A DNA stretch of 64,000 nucleotides from Myxococcota bacterium (GCA_022072125.1 JAJVIH010000054.1:20368-84367), one strand, 5' to 3'; counted from the first letter of the stretch, positions 18,508 to 28,660 are shown. The notes: a model not told the origin generated them from the sequence alone. Made by a program: numbers and translations.

Positions 18508-20724
18508 ATGGGTAAAACGTTCAACTGGAAGACGTCAATTCTGGCGCTTGCGATTGTCTCATGGGGAATGGCGGGATGCGGCGGCGAGGACGCGCCCGGT
18601 TCCGCCGCGCAAGTTGTCTGCAAGGCGGACGGGGATTGCCTTGCCAGCCAGCGCTGCGCCAGCGGCAAATGCGTGCGCCGCCAGCAATCAGGCGAAACCT
18701 GCAACCGGGACAGCGAATGTTCCGGCGGATTTTTTTGCAGCGAAGGGGTATGCAAACCCATCTCGCGCGACGCCACGGGCGCGGCGGACGGCGCCAGCGG
18801 CGATGCTCCGGCCTTCGCGGATGGAAGCGAGGACGGCGCCAATCCCCTGCGCGACGCCAGTCCATTTGACGCGGGTCAGGATGATGCTCCCATCATTCCC
18901 GCCAATGACAGCGGTTTGACCGACACACCCGCGGCCGATGCGGACGCGGGGCCTGTCGAACCCCCACGGGACTCCGGTCCCACTGATCGCACGGCCACGG
19001 ACCTCGCCGCGGATGCCGGTTCAGCGGACACGGGTCCCGCCGATGCCGGCGCCGCGGACGCCGTGGCGGATGCCGGCCCCGGCGACACATCGCCCCAGGA
19101 CAGCGGGCCCGCCGACACGGGCGCGGATACTGGTCCCTCCGACGCCTCGCCCGCGGATGGATCCGATGGCGGAGACGCCGGCGCCGGCGATACCGGGGGC
19201 TCTGGAACCGCGGTGATTGTGATCAACGAGGTGATGGCGGATCCGTCATCCACGCCGGGGCGGGAAGGACAGTATGTGGAGTTGGCGAACGCCGGAACCG
19301 TCTCCGCCAGCCTGGAGGGTTGGACGCTGCAGATCAACGGCCGCAAGCTGACGCTGTCCGCCGCCAATGGCAAGGTGGAGATTGGCCCGCGCCAGTTCTT
19401 GGTGATCGGTGCGACCACGGACAGCGCGAAGAACGGTTACCGCCGCGTGACGCATGCCTGGCCCGAGGATTTCTCCCTGCCAAAACAGGATATCGAAATC
19501 GAACTGCTGAATCCGCTGGGCAAGCGCGCCGACCGGGCGAGCATTGCGCTGGCCCGCAAGGGCGTGTCCACGGAGCGCGGCGCCCCCATCACCAGCGGCG
19601 AACTGGCCAGTTCCTGGCATTCCGCCGCCACGCTGATCACCTTTCTGCAGGAAACCGGCTATTTCAGCGTGGATTGGGGCAGCCCCGGCCGCGTCAATTC
19701 CCGCCTCAAGGAGGGGACGTCCGCGAGCCCGGCGGCTTCCGGAACAGGCAAGATTGAAGCCCCGGAAGACGTGGCGGATCACAAGGTCACCCTCGCCGCC
19801 GGCGATTATGTGGTGTTGCAGGCCGACGTGGACCGCGTCAACGGAGACATGGATTCCCTGGCCGTGCTGCTCGACTCCAGCGGAAGGATTGTTGCGAGCG
19901 AGTGGGTGGACGATACCCGCACGCTGGATTTCTTTCACTACCTCAAGGTTCCCGCCGCGGGCGTGTACACGGTCCGGGTGTATGCGGACCCCATTGCGTT
20001 GTTCAAACCGGCGTCTTACGCCGTGCGTGCGGGAGGGTTGCGTTCGCTGTCTTCCACACCGCAGTCGCTGGTGCTGGAAGTGGGCAAAAGCCAGGGTCTG
20101 TCCATCAAGGCGGCTTACGCTCTTGCTGATGCGCGCGTGCTGGAGCTTCCCGCCGGCGCCATCGGGTTCAACTCCGCCGATCCCGCCATCGCCACGGTCA
20201 ACGGCGATGGGCTGGTCACCGGCGTGGCCGCTGGAACCACCAACATCACCGCGGCGATCTCGCAAAGCGGCGGGACCCTGCAAACCACCATCAAGACGGA
20301 TGTGTTTTCCACCCAGGCCAATGACACCTGCGCCAACGCCATTGACGTGACCAGCGGCGGTGATTTCACCGGCGGCGTGCTCAACCTGAAGGACGATTAT
20401 TCACAATCCATCAGCGGATGCGTGTCGCTGTCTGTTTCCGGGCCGGATGCGGTGTTCAAGGTGTCGCCCTCCGCCGCCCGCACATACAAGGTGACGGTGA
20501 CCCCCACCACGGCGAAGTATGATCCGGCCATTCTGATCTACAGCGACTGCGCCGCACAGGCTTGCGTGACCGGCACCGTGCTCAATGGCCCCGATGATCC
20601 GGAGTCGGTGCAGTTCAACGTGGCGGCGGGGCAAACCCGCTTCATTATCGTGGATACGGAAATCCCCGCTGGCGCCGACCCGAAAGGCGGCAAGTTCACT
20701 CTCAAGGTGGAGATTCTTCCATGA
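18508..20724 (+). CDS. lipoprotein with lamin-tail (LTD), PPC-like and bacterial Ig-like (Big_2) domains
   Basis: ATG at 18508 (MGKTF.., lipobox GMAGC); Cys-rich N-terminal module; Asp/Ala/Gly-rich linker; LTD core VIVINEVMADP..GQYVELAN; Big_2-like ATVNGDGLVTGVAAGTTNITA; stop overlaps next gene start (ATGA). Confidence 0.7.
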   Translation: MGKTFNWKTSILALAIVSWGMAGCGGEDAPGSAAQVVCKADGDCLASQRCASGKCVRRQQSGETCNRDSECSGGFFCSEGVCKPISRDATGAADGASGDAPAFADGSEDGANPLRDASPFDAGQDDAPIIPANDSGLTDTPAADADAGPVEPPRDSGPTDRTATDLAADAGSADTGPADAGAADAVADAGPGDTSPQDSGPADTGADTGPSDASPADGSDGGDAGAGDTGGSGTAVIVINEVMADPSSTPGREGQYVELANAGTVSASLEGWTLQINGRKLTLSAANGKVEIGPRQFLVIGATTDSAKNGYRRVTHAWPEDFSLPKQDIEIELLNPLGKRADRASIALARKGVSTERGAPITSGELASSWHSAATLITFLQETGYFSVDWGSPGRVNSRLKEGTSASPAASGTGKIEAPEDVADHKVTLAAGDYVVLQADVDRVNGDMDSLAVLLDSSGRIVASEWVDDTRTLDFFHYLKVPAAGVYTVRVYADPIALFKPASYAVRAGGLRSLSSTPQSLVLEVGKSQGLSIKAAYALADARVLELPAGAIGFNSADPAIATVNGDGLVTGVAAGTTNITAAISQSGGTLQTTIKTDVFSTQANDTCANAIDVTSGGDFTGGVLNLKDDYSQSISGCVSLSVSGPDAVFKVSPSAARTYKVTVTPTTAKYDPAILIYSDCAAQACVTGTVLNGPDDPESVQFNVAAGQTRFIIVDTEIPAGADPKGGKFTLKVEILP

Positions 20725-22898
20725 AAAAACGCTGGGCAGCCGCCATCGCCGTCTTGCTTTTCGCGGCGTGCGCGGCGCGCGTTCCGCCTTCCGCTTCCAG
20801 GGAGAACATGAACAGGTTGCAGTACCCCGTGGCCGGGAAAGTGGATGTCGTGGACGACTACCACGGCGAAAAAATCGCGGATCCCTACCGCTGGCTGGAA
20901 GATCCGGACAACCCCGCCGCCCGCGAATGGATCGAGGCGGAGAACAGGCTCACACGCGGCTTCATTGACGCAGTGGCGGAGCGTCCGAAAATCCGCGAAA
21001 GCATTGAATCGCTGTGGAATTACGAACGGTTCAGCGCGCCGGTGCGGCGGGGCGGGCGTTATTTCTTCCAGCACAACACGGGATTGCAAAACCAGAGCGT
21101 GCTCAAGTGGAAGGAGACGCTCTCCGCTTCCGGCGCGGTGTTGCTGGACCCCAACACGCTGTCCGCCGATGGCACGGTGGCGCTGACCGGCTTCGCGCCC
21201 TCGCCCGATGGAAAACTGCTGGCCTATGGGATCGCGTCCGGCGGATCGGACTGGAATGAATGGCGCGTGCGCGAGGTGGATACGGGCCGTGATCTCGGCG
21301 ATCGCCTGCGCTGGGTGAAGTTCTCCGGCGCGGCGTGGAAACGCGACGGCAGCGGATTTTTCTACGGGCGTTACCCCGAGCCTCCACAAGGCAAGGAATT
21401 GTTACAGGTCAACACAGGACAACAAATCTGGTTTCACCGCACCGGCGATCCGCAGGAGAAGGATCAGCTTGTCTACGAACGCAAGGATCACCCCGACTGG
21501 ATGTACGGGCACGTGGTTTCAGAGGACGGACGCTTCCTGGTGTTGCACATCGTCAAGGGCACGGATGATCGTTGCATGGTGGCGGTGATTGACCTCACCC
21601 GGCCGGACGCCAGGCCCATTGAACTGATCAGCAGCTTCGATCATGAGTTTTCCTTCATCGGCGCGCAGGGACGCATGATGTGGTTCCGCACCAACCACAA
21701 CGCGCCCCGCTACCGTGTGGTCGGCATTGATCTGGATAAGCCTGATCCCGCTTCATGGAAGGAGATCATCCCCCAGACCGGCGACATCATCAGCGACGTG
21801 AACTTCGTGGGCGGACGTTTCGCCGTCAACGCCATGCACAACGCCCATTCGCGCGTGATCCTGTATGCGCCGGACGGCCAGCGCCTGAAGGAACTGGAAT
21901 TGCCGGGCATTGGAACCGCGATGGGCTTTGGCGGAGAATCGGATCACACTGAAACCTTCTATTCGTTCACCACCTTCACCCGTCCCGCGACCATCTACCG
22001 CTACGATTTCACCAGCGACCGCAGCGAAATCCTGATGGAGCCGGAAACGCCGTTTGATCCGGCGGAGTTTGAAACCGTCCAGATATTCTTCAAGAGCCGG
22101 GATGGCGAGCGAGTGCCGATGTTCGTCACCTACCGCAAGGGCCTGAAGCTGGACGGGCTCAATCCCACGTATATGTATGGCTACGGCGGCTTCAGCGTTT
22201 CACTGACGCCCTGGTATAGCGTCAAGGCGATGGCGTGGATGCGCATGGGGGGCGTGTACGTGGTGGTCAACCTGCGCGGCGGCGGCGAGTTCGGCAAGGA
22301 ATGGCACGACGCCGGACGGTTGCACAACAAGCAGAACGTATTCAACGATTTCATCGCCGCCGCCGAATGGCTGATTGGTTACCGCTTCACCCGTCCCGGA
22401 AAGCTGGCGATCGCGGGGGGCTCCAACGGCGGGCTGCTGGTGGGCGCGTGCGTGACCCAGCGGCCCGATCTGTTCGGCGCCGGCGTCGCGGCGGTGGGGG
22501 TGATGGATATGTTGCGCTATGATCGGTTCACCATCGGCTGGGCTTGGCGCGATGATTACGGATCGTCGTCGGATCCCGCATATTTCAGAACCCTGCGCGC
22601 CTATTCGCCCTACCATAATATCCGCAAGGGAACCGCTTACCCGGCGATGCTGATCACCACCGCCGATCACGATGATCGCGTGGCGCCCTCGCACAGCTTC
22701 AAATTCGCCGCCGCGATGCAGGAGGCTCAGGCAGGCGACGCGCCCGTGCTCATCCGGATTGAAACCCGCGCGGGGCATGGGGCGGGTAAGCCCACCAACA
22801 AACTCATTGAGGAAGGCGCCGATGAACTGGCTTTCCTCCACCGCGTGCTGGATTTTCCCGGCACGGAGGCGGCGCGCGCGCCATCCGGGAAGGAATGA
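20721..22898 (+). CDS. prolyl oligopeptidase (S9A family), secreted
   Basis: ATG at 20721; signal peptide; N-terminal beta-propeller region (YPV..DPYRWLED); catalytic Ser motif GGSNGG, Asp and His (ETRAGHGAG) in the C-terminal alpha/beta hydrolase domain. Confidence 0.85.
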   Translation: MKKRWAAAIAVLLFAACAARVPPSASRENMNRLQYPVAGKVDVVDDYHGEKIADPYRWLEDPDNPAAREWIEAENRLTRGFIDAVAERPKIRESIESLWNYERFSAPVRRGGRYFFQHNTGLQNQSVLKWKETLSASGAVLLDPNTLSADGTVALTGFAPSPDGKLLAYGIASGGSDWNEWRVREVDTGRDLGDRLRWVKFSGAAWKRDGSGFFYGRYPEPPQGKELLQVNTGQQIWFHRTGDPQEKDQLVYERKDHPDWMYGHVVSEDGRFLVLHIVKGTDDRCMVAVIDLTRPDARPIELISSFDHEFSFIGAQGRMMWFRTNHNAPRYRVVGIDLDKPDPASWKEIIPQTGDIISDVNFVGGRFAVNAMHNAHSRVILYAPDGQRLKELELPGIGTAMGFGGESDHTETFYSFTTFTRPATIYRYDFTSDRSEILMEPETPFDPAEFETVQIFFKSRDGERVPMFVTYRKGLKLDGLNPTYMYGYGGFSVSLTPWYSVKAMAWMRMGGVYVVVNLRGGGEFGKEWHDAGRLHNKQNVFNDFIAAAEWLIGYRFTRPGKLAIAGGSNGGLLVGACVTQRPDLFGAGVAAVGVMDMLRYDRFTIGWAWRDDYGSSSDPAYFRTLRAYSPYHNIRKGTAYPAMLITTADHDDRVAPSHSFKFAAAMQEAQAGDAPVLIRIETRAGHGAGKPTNKLIEEGADELAFLHRVLDFPGTEAARAPSGKE

Positions 22899-25210
22899 AA
22901 ACGTCCGCCGCCATTCTGATGGCTCTGGCGGCGCTGGCCCCGCGGACGCTTGACGCCGCTCCATCCGAATGGGTTTTGGGTCACCCCGCCAGTGGCGGGG
23001 CCGTGCAGACGCCGCCGGTCAATGTGATCGCCGGAGATGCGTCCAATGGCGTGGAGATGGGGGCTTCCATCTGCGCATACTCCGCGCCCGCCGGGGTATC
23101 CGTGCAGATCAACCGCGGACTGGTGAAAACCGATCCAGCCGTTCCTGGCGCGTGGGTGAACCTGTCGCTGGACGCCTCCGGCGGAAGCTGTAAAACCACG
23201 GTGGCGCGCCGCCTGTTCATCACCGGGGAAAAACGGTTTTCGCTGCCGGAGCCGCCGGTCACCATCCACTACGATTCCGGCATCGTGGAAGTGCTGTCCC
23301 CCGCTGGCGATTACGATTTGCTGCACATTCGCGACGGCGTGGTGGCGCGGATCGTTCCCTGCGAGGGCAAACGCAGTTGCACCCTCCCCCTGACGCGGGA
23401 GGAACTGGAAGCGGTATGGGGGCGTGAACGCGCAGGCGTCTTGCTGTGGCCTTCGTCCATTCCCCTGCGCGAAAGCGAGCCTTTTCCGGCCTGGACGGAT
23501 TCCACAGGCAAATGGGTGGGCTGGAAACAGGCGGTTATCGAATCGCTGAGCGTGGAACTGCGCCAGCCCGTGGTTTCCTCGTCCACGCTGGACGCGACCG
23601 GGCAATCGCTGCTGCTTCAACTGTCGTTTCCGCGCGGCGTGCAGGATGTCTCATGCCGCAATGCGCGATGCAGCCTGACTCCGGATGGCGTGCAGGTCTT
23701 TGCCATTGAATCCACCGCGCTGACGGTGCGCATGACCGTCAAATACAAGCCCGGCGTGGCGCGGGTGATCGAGGGGAGGCAGGTATTCAGCGAAACCGTG
23801 GATCTTAACGTGCGGCGCTGCGCCATCCGCACGCCCGACGGCGCGCCGTTGCTGGAAGGGGTGGCGTCCCACCAGTTTTTCATCGCCATCTCGCGCGACT
23901 GCATCACCGGCGAGCGCGACAGCCTTGAAGTGGAAACCTTCCCGCCCACCAATACGTGGGTGCGCGAGCGCGTGGAGCAGGATGATCCGTCGTGGCGTTA
24001 TTACCGGCTGGTGATGGATCGCGCGCCGCGTGATGTATCGAATGTGATGATCACCCTGTCGCAGCGCGGCCTGCAGAAGACTGTGCTGGGCGCGGTGCGC
24101 ATTCCGGTGGCGCGGGGATTCAATCCTGTCCGGCTGCGGTTCGAGTTGCCGCGACTCGGGGCGATTGATTTCATTCCGTCCAACCGCGAGGCCCAGCTTG
24201 AGGTGGTCTACGAAGACCCTCAGTGGGAAAGCCAGTTCGTGCTGGAGGAGCGCAAGGGATTTTACGAGGTCCGGCGCGATGGCGGTCATATTCATGTGCG
24301 CGCGGACGAAGGCGCGGCGGGATCGGTCGCCCTGCGTTTTGGTTATCGCCCCGCCGCGCTGGAGCGCTTTCTGGGACGGGTGGAGACGCTGGCGTCCTTC
24401 GACACCGATGCGCGATTCAGCCTGCGCTCGCTGAACCTGCCCGCGCCGATTATTCCCGTGGGGGACGGCGACGGCAATATCGTGCGCTTTTACTGCCGGA
24501 TGGGGGGCGTGGAGCGCCAGCTCATCAACGGACAGAAGATCAATATCCACTACAATGATCGCAACAGTTGCCGGCTGGTGATCGATCTCAAGCGGATTCC
24601 GCCCGGAAACGGCGTGCAAAAACTGCGCATCGCGGCGCCGCGCGCCACGGAGATTTTCACTGTCAGCCATCGCGATGCGCTGCTCACCATCACCATCAAC
24701 GCCGACGACAAGAAGGAATATGAACAGATCGCCGTGTCGGTCGCCCATGACTACGGCAGCGGACATTACGATCTGACCGCGCGGCAGAACCTTGGCGAGG
24801 CGGCGGATTTCCGCGTCATTCTGGGGGATCGGCGGATTCGCGTCAGCGCCAGCACGTCGTTGCCCACGGGCCTGTTCCGCTTTGGCTCCAGCGCCGATCA
24901 GGGCAGCGTGGCCTTGAGCGCGGGCGCGGTCGTGCGCGCGATGGCCCTGTACGATGACGGCGCGGAATTTCCGGTCGGACTGGAGGCGGGCATGCTCGGC
25001 ACCGACCTGTCCGGCAAGCCGCAGTTGTCCCTGGTGTTCGGGGTGGGGCTGGGCATCCCGGTGCTCAATTCCAACACCCCCTTGCAGACCTCGTTCAATA
25101 TCCACGCCTGGCTGGAGTATTCGCCCACGCGCTCGGGTCCGGAAAGCGGCTCCATCGCCTTCCTGTTCGGACCGTCCTTCACGGTCGGACGTTTCTTCAC
25201 CAACTTCTGA
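22895..25210 (+). CDS. large secreted protein, putative outer-membrane protein (C-terminal beta-signal ending in Phe)
   Basis: ATG at 22895 overlaps upstream stop (ATGA); signal peptide MKTSAAILMALAALAP; no family recognised; C-terminus ..FTVGRFFTNF with terminal aromatic typical of OM beta-barrels. Confidence 0.6.
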   Translation: MKTSAAILMALAALAPRTLDAAPSEWVLGHPASGGAVQTPPVNVIAGDASNGVEMGASICAYSAPAGVSVQINRGLVKTDPAVPGAWVNLSLDASGGSCKTTVARRLFITGEKRFSLPEPPVTIHYDSGIVEVLSPAGDYDLLHIRDGVVARIVPCEGKRSCTLPLTREELEAVWGRERAGVLLWPSSIPLRESEPFPAWTDSTGKWVGWKQAVIESLSVELRQPVVSSSTLDATGQSLLLQLSFPRGVQDVSCRNARCSLTPDGVQVFAIESTALTVRMTVKYKPGVARVIEGRQVFSETVDLNVRRCAIRTPDGAPLLEGVASHQFFIAISRDCITGERDSLEVETFPPTNTWVRERVEQDDPSWRYYRLVMDRAPRDVSNVMITLSQRGLQKTVLGAVRIPVARGFNPVRLRFELPRLGAIDFIPSNREAQLEVVYEDPQWESQFVLEERKGFYEVRRDGGHIHVRADEGAAGSVALRFGYRPAALERFLGRVETLASFDTDARFSLRSLNLPAPIIPVGDGDGNIVRFYCRMGGVERQLINGQKINIHYNDRNSCRLVIDLKRIPPGNGVQKLRIAAPRATEIFTVSHRDALLTITINADDKKEYEQIAVSVAHDYGSGHYDLTARQNLGEAADFRVILGDRRIRVSASTSLPTGLFRFGSSADQGSVALSAGAVVRAMALYDDGAEFPVGLEAGMLGTDLSGKPQLSLVFGVGLGIPVLNSNTPLQTSFNIHAWLEYSPTRSGPESGSIAFLFGPSFTVGRFFTNF

Positions 25211-25228
25211 TGGATATCCCGGCGCGGA

Positions 25229-26263
25229 TCACGGCTCTTCGCCGGTATATCCGTACAGTTTGCCCTCGCGCCCCTGGCCGGGCCATTGCGACAGATCCAT
25301 GGGCCTCAGTTCCAGCGCCCGCAGGATCAACTGGTTCATGGCGCTATCCATGCTCAGGGGGGCCATCCAGTCGCTACGTACCGGGAGCGTGATTACCCGA
25401 TGGCGTTTCCTGTCCAGCGTCTTCCGGAAGCGCTCCAGGATATTGCGGGTCTGGCTGTCCAATCCCGGCAGGAACACCACGAACCGCCAGGGGCTGTTGA
25501 ACAGCGACTGCATGGGACCGTGGGCGAACTGGAGCAAATCCCAGCAGGGAGGTTCTGGCCGCCACAAGGCCTCCATCCATTTCCAGGCCATCGGACGCAA
25601 TATCTCCGCGTATGGTCCTGGCGCCATCAGGGCGACAGGGATATTCAGCGCCGCTCTGGTTAGCTGGCAGACGCTCCGGCGTTGCATCCTCCAAAACCAG
25701 GATACGGATTCCGCGGCCTCGCGCATGAGATCGCTGGGAGCCCTTCCAGCGGTGTTGAACAGCGCGAGGGCGGTGGCCGTCATCACCGCCGGGCCAATCA
25801 CGCGCAGCAACATGTCCGGCTCCGGCGGCAGCGGCAGCGCAATGACGGCGCCCCGGTTTTTCCGCCACCGGTCCAGCGCCGCGCGTGTGGCGGGCGATGC
25901 GTTTTCCAGCGTGTCACTGGAAGTGAACAGCCAGCGGTGGCGGTACTCTTCGCATGCTCGCATGGCCAGCATGGTGTTAGGGGACAATCCCTGCGAAAAC
26001 AGGATGAGCGAATCCGCGCGCGGGGGATGATGGAAGGATGACAGGGGCTCGAAGCGCGTGTTGACCCCGTTGATCCGGAGCTGATGCGCAAGGGCGCGCG
26101 CTGGTGCTTCCGCGAGCCCTATCCCGGTGGTCAGAACGACCCCCGTGGTCTTGCGGCGGGCCGGAAGGCAATCCGCCGCGCTTCGCATGATATCCGGAAT
26201 TGCATACACCCGGCCGCGCAGCAGTTTCAGGCTCGCTGCCTCCGGGGATTGGTGGGAACTCAC
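25229..26263 (-). CDS. SIS-domain-like protein (degenerate phosphosugar-binding fold)
   Basis: GTG start overlapping upstream stop (GTGA); pattern VVLTTGIGLAE..LILFSQGLSPNT..RVIGPAVMTATALAL resembles SIS domain spacing but the canonical Ser/Thr-rich loop is degenerate. Confidence 0.4.
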   Translation of the reverse strand: MSSHQSPEAASLKLLRGRVYAIPDIMRSAADCLPARRKTTGVVLTTGIGLAEAPARALAHQLRINGVNTRFEPLSSFHHPPRADSLILFSQGLSPNTMLAMRACEEYRHRWLFTSSDTLENASPATRAALDRWRKNRGAVIALPLPPEPDMLLRVIGPAVMTATALALFNTAGRAPSDLMREAAESVSWFWRMQRRSVCQLTRAALNIPVALMAPGPYAEILRPMAWKWMEALWRPEPPCWDLLQFAHGPMQSLFNSPWRFVVFLPGLDSQTRNILERFRKTLDRKRHRVITLPVRSDWMAPLSMDSAMNQLILRALELRPMDLSQWPGQGREGKLYGYTGEEP

Positions 26264-27180
26264 TTCGCGTCCCGGTCGTGTTTGTGGTTTTTCATGTGGC
26301 GCAAGTAGGCGATCAGCGCGTCAAGCTGGCCATCGCCGAGTTGCTGGTGTGGAGGCATGGCGCCGTAGCGGAACTCCAGGGGATTGCGGATATACGCGCG
26401 CACCTGCTCCGCCGGGCGGTATTCCAGGATATTTTTCGGCACGTTGAGTTCAGGGCCCACGCGCCCGCCCTCGCGGTTGATGGCGTGACAGCGGAAGCAT
26501 AGTTCGCGGAACAACTGGAATCCCGCGGCGGCCGGGGAATCCGCGGGAGCGCCGGCGGGAACAGTATGCGGAAACAGCCCTTCAAAGCGCGCGATCTCAA
26601 TGGATACGAGCTGGTACGGACGCGGCCAGGCGTGGTGATCCTGCTGGTGGGGTTGCGTCCAGATCAGGTAGTAGGGACCGGGGTTGGCCTTGCGCGGCCC
26701 CACCGGCTCCCAACCGGGAAATTCGGCGTCGGCGAAGGCGATGGCCGCGCCGTCTTCCATCAGCAGCGATCCGGAGATGGGAATGGTGTAGCCATCCAGC
26801 GCACGCAGAACAAACTCCTGCTTCGCCAGATCCGCCGGTGTCATGGCGAAGGCCGCCGTCAGCACGGGTTTCAGCGGAACCGTGCGGAAGGTTTTCACCT
26901 TCTGGTATTCGGGATCGAAACCGGTCCATGAGATCGGCGGGGCGATGGCGAGCAGGCCGGCCTGATCAAATTTTTTTGTTCCCTGGTCATCGCGGGTGAA
27001 GCGGAGGAAGCGCGGCGGAGATTGAGCAGGCTCCGTGGCCGGGGCTTGCGTGGCGGCTGCAAACGGCGCGGACGAAGGACTAGCGCCGTCTCCCGGCGCG
27101 GTTTGCCGGCAGGATATCAATGCGCAGGCGGCGCCCAGAACGGCGATCAGGCGTCGGATATTCGCAATTCGACCGGACAT
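26260..27180 (-). CDS. c-type cytochrome lipoprotein
   Basis: Internal ATG (MSGRIANIRRLIAVLGAACALISC, lipobox) of the 536-aa six-frame ORF; Ala/Pro-rich linker; heme-binding CXXCH (CFRCH) with downstream Met ligand region; upstream part of the six-frame ORF is a frame artefact. Confidence 0.65.
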   Translation of the reverse strand: MSGRIANIRRLIAVLGAACALISCRQTAPGDGASPSSAPFAAATQAPATEPAQSPPRFLRFTRDDQGTKKFDQAGLLAIAPPISWTGFDPEYQKVKTFRTVPLKPVLTAAFAMTPADLAKQEFVLRALDGYTIPISGSLLMEDGAAIAFADAEFPGWEPVGPRKANPGPYYLIWTQPHQQDHHAWPRPYQLVSIEIARFEGLFPHTVPAGAPADSPAAAGFQLFRELCFRCHAINREGGRVGPELNVPKNILEYRPAEQVRAYIRNPLEFRYGAMPPHQQLGDGQLDALIAYLRHMKNHKHDRDAK

Positions 27181-27842
27181 GACAACCAGACAAACCACAA
27201 AAATCCGGCGTAGTACAGCGTATCGGGAACGATGCGCAGCAGATGTCCCCACATGAATCCCGATAGAATGAGCACGTCGGCTGACGCCCACAGGAAGTAG
27301 TACCCCAGCACAAACAACGACACGCGCTGGAACCACCGGATCAGGCTCTCCGGTTCGCCGTGGAGCAGGAGCCGCGATCGTGCGAGAAAACCGGCGGTGA
27401 GCGCCGCGAAAATCAGCTCGTAGGCCAGAAAGGTGTTGCGCGCGTTGGCGAAGAGGGCGGGGAAGAGCTTGATCAGCAGCGCCTGGCAGATGGGAACCAC
27501 CAACGCCAGGCCCAATGACGCCGGCCACCATTTCCACGCGCCGCGCGCGCCGCTGGAGATGGCGGGCAGAAGCAGCAGCACGAACCACCTCCAGTCGCCG
27601 AGGATCACAAACAGGATGGACACCTGCGTGTACAGGGGATGGGTGGTTTCCAGCGGACTCAGGGCGCCGGTGAACCAGGCGTCCAGCGCGATACACAGGG
27701 CGAAGCCCGCGGTCCAGCCCTTGAGCCAGGCGGGAGAGCGGCGTGTTGACAGCAGGACGGCGGCCAGCAACCCTGCGTTGGCGGCCCAGCAAACGCCGGG
27801 ATGGCGCCAGGCGGCATGGTAGATTTCCTCGAATGGATGCAT
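27147..27842 (-). CDS. hypothetical polytopic membrane protein
   Basis: 231 aa with about 6 hydrophobic helices, Trp/Phe-rich; occupies a different frame from the upstream extension of the cytochrome ORF; no family recognised. Confidence 0.55.
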   Translation of the reverse strand: MHPFEEIYHAAWRHPGVCWAANAGLLAAVLLSTRRSPAWLKGWTAGFALCIALDAWFTGALSPLETTHPLYTQVSILFVILGDWRWFVLLLLPAISSGARGAWKWWPASLGLALVVPICQALLIKLFPALFANARNTFLAYELIFAALTAGFLARSRLLLHGEPESLIRWFQRVSLFVLGYYFLWASADVLILSGFMWGHLLRIVPDTLYYAGFLWFVWLSCPVELRISDA

Positions 27843-27845
27843 CGG

Positions 27846-28469
27846 ATGGCTTTTCCTTCAAGCGAAACACGCGCTCCGGAACCGTTGCCGCACGAGTTTT
27901 TCGTCCGCGAGGTCACGCTGGTCGCCCGCGAATTGTTGGGTTGCGTGCTGGTTCATGGGCCGGTGGCGGCGCGCATCACCGAAACCGAAGCCTATGACTG
28001 GAAGGACGACAGCGCCAGTCACAGCCGTTCCGGGTTGACCAAACGCAACGCGGTCATGTTCGGACCGGCGGGCCGGTTGTATGTCTTCCGTTGTTATGGC
28101 GTTCACATGATGCTCAACGTGGTCACGGGGCGGGAAGGGCAGGGCGCGGCGGTTCTGTTGCGCGCGGGCGAGATCATTGCGGGCCATGCGCTGGCGTCGG
28201 AGCGGCGCGGCGGGGCCACGGGCGCGCAACTGGCTTCGGGACCCGGCCGCCTGGCGCGGGCGATGGGCCTGGATTTGCACTGGAACGGCCACTCGCTGGA
28301 CCATCACGGGAAATGCCGTCTTGTCCCGGGTCACCCTCCGGAGCGCATTCTGATGGGCGCGCGCGTGGGTATTGATTACGCCGAACCCGCCCACCGCGCA
28401 CGGCTCTGGCGTTTTGCCGATGCCGGCAGTCCTTCCGTGACCTGGCGAAAGCGCTTTCGCGCGGGGTGA
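27846..28469 (+). CDS. mpg: DNA-3-methyladenine glycosylase (Mpg/AAG family)
   Basis: Start chosen at ATG 27846 (MAFPSSE..); conserved Mpg blocks ETEAY, LTKRNAVMFGPAGRLYVF, GVHMMLNVV. Confidence 0.8.
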   Translation: MAFPSSETRAPEPLPHEFFVREVTLVARELLGCVLVHGPVAARITETEAYDWKDDSASHSRSGLTKRNAVMFGPAGRLYVFRCYGVHMMLNVVTGREGQGAAVLLRAGEIIAGHALASERRGGATGAQLASGPGRLARAMGLDLHWNGHSLDHHGKCRLVPGHPPERILMGARVGIDYAEPAHRARLWRFADAGSPSVTWRKRFRAG

Positions 28470-28584
28470 CTCGCCGCACGGTTCATCAGGGACGAGGAGC
28501 GGAGAGCGCTCCCCCCTGCCGCGTTTCGCTGGCGGGAAAATCCCCTGTTCCGTCTGTCCGCGGACAGAGAATCCATTAGCCCGG

Positions 28585-28660
28585 TTGATATGATTGATAT
28601 CTGATTTTATGTATAGTACTGTACAAATGATTACATATGGTTATGCTGATACCAGAACCG
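28585..28660 (+). promoter_or_regulatory. AT-rich promoter island upstream of the radical SAM gene
   Basis: Conspicuous AT-rich stretch in a GC-rich window with TTGATA hexamers, imperfect repeats TGATATGATTGATATCTGATT and TATAGTACTGTACAAATGATTACATAT; followed by SD-like AAAGGTGG before ATG 28677. Confidence 0.3.

Noticed and set aside
26260-27870. 536-aa ORF as a single protein
   Set aside because: Composite: only the C-terminal about 306 aa (from ATG 27180) look like a real cytochrome c lipoprotein; the upstream part overlaps a genuine membrane protein gene in another frame
28617-28636. Full LexA (SOS) box
   Set aside because: Only the left half-site (TACTGT) matches a CTGT-N8-ACAG-type box; the right half is TTACAT. 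Not called as a LexA box without a matrix scan
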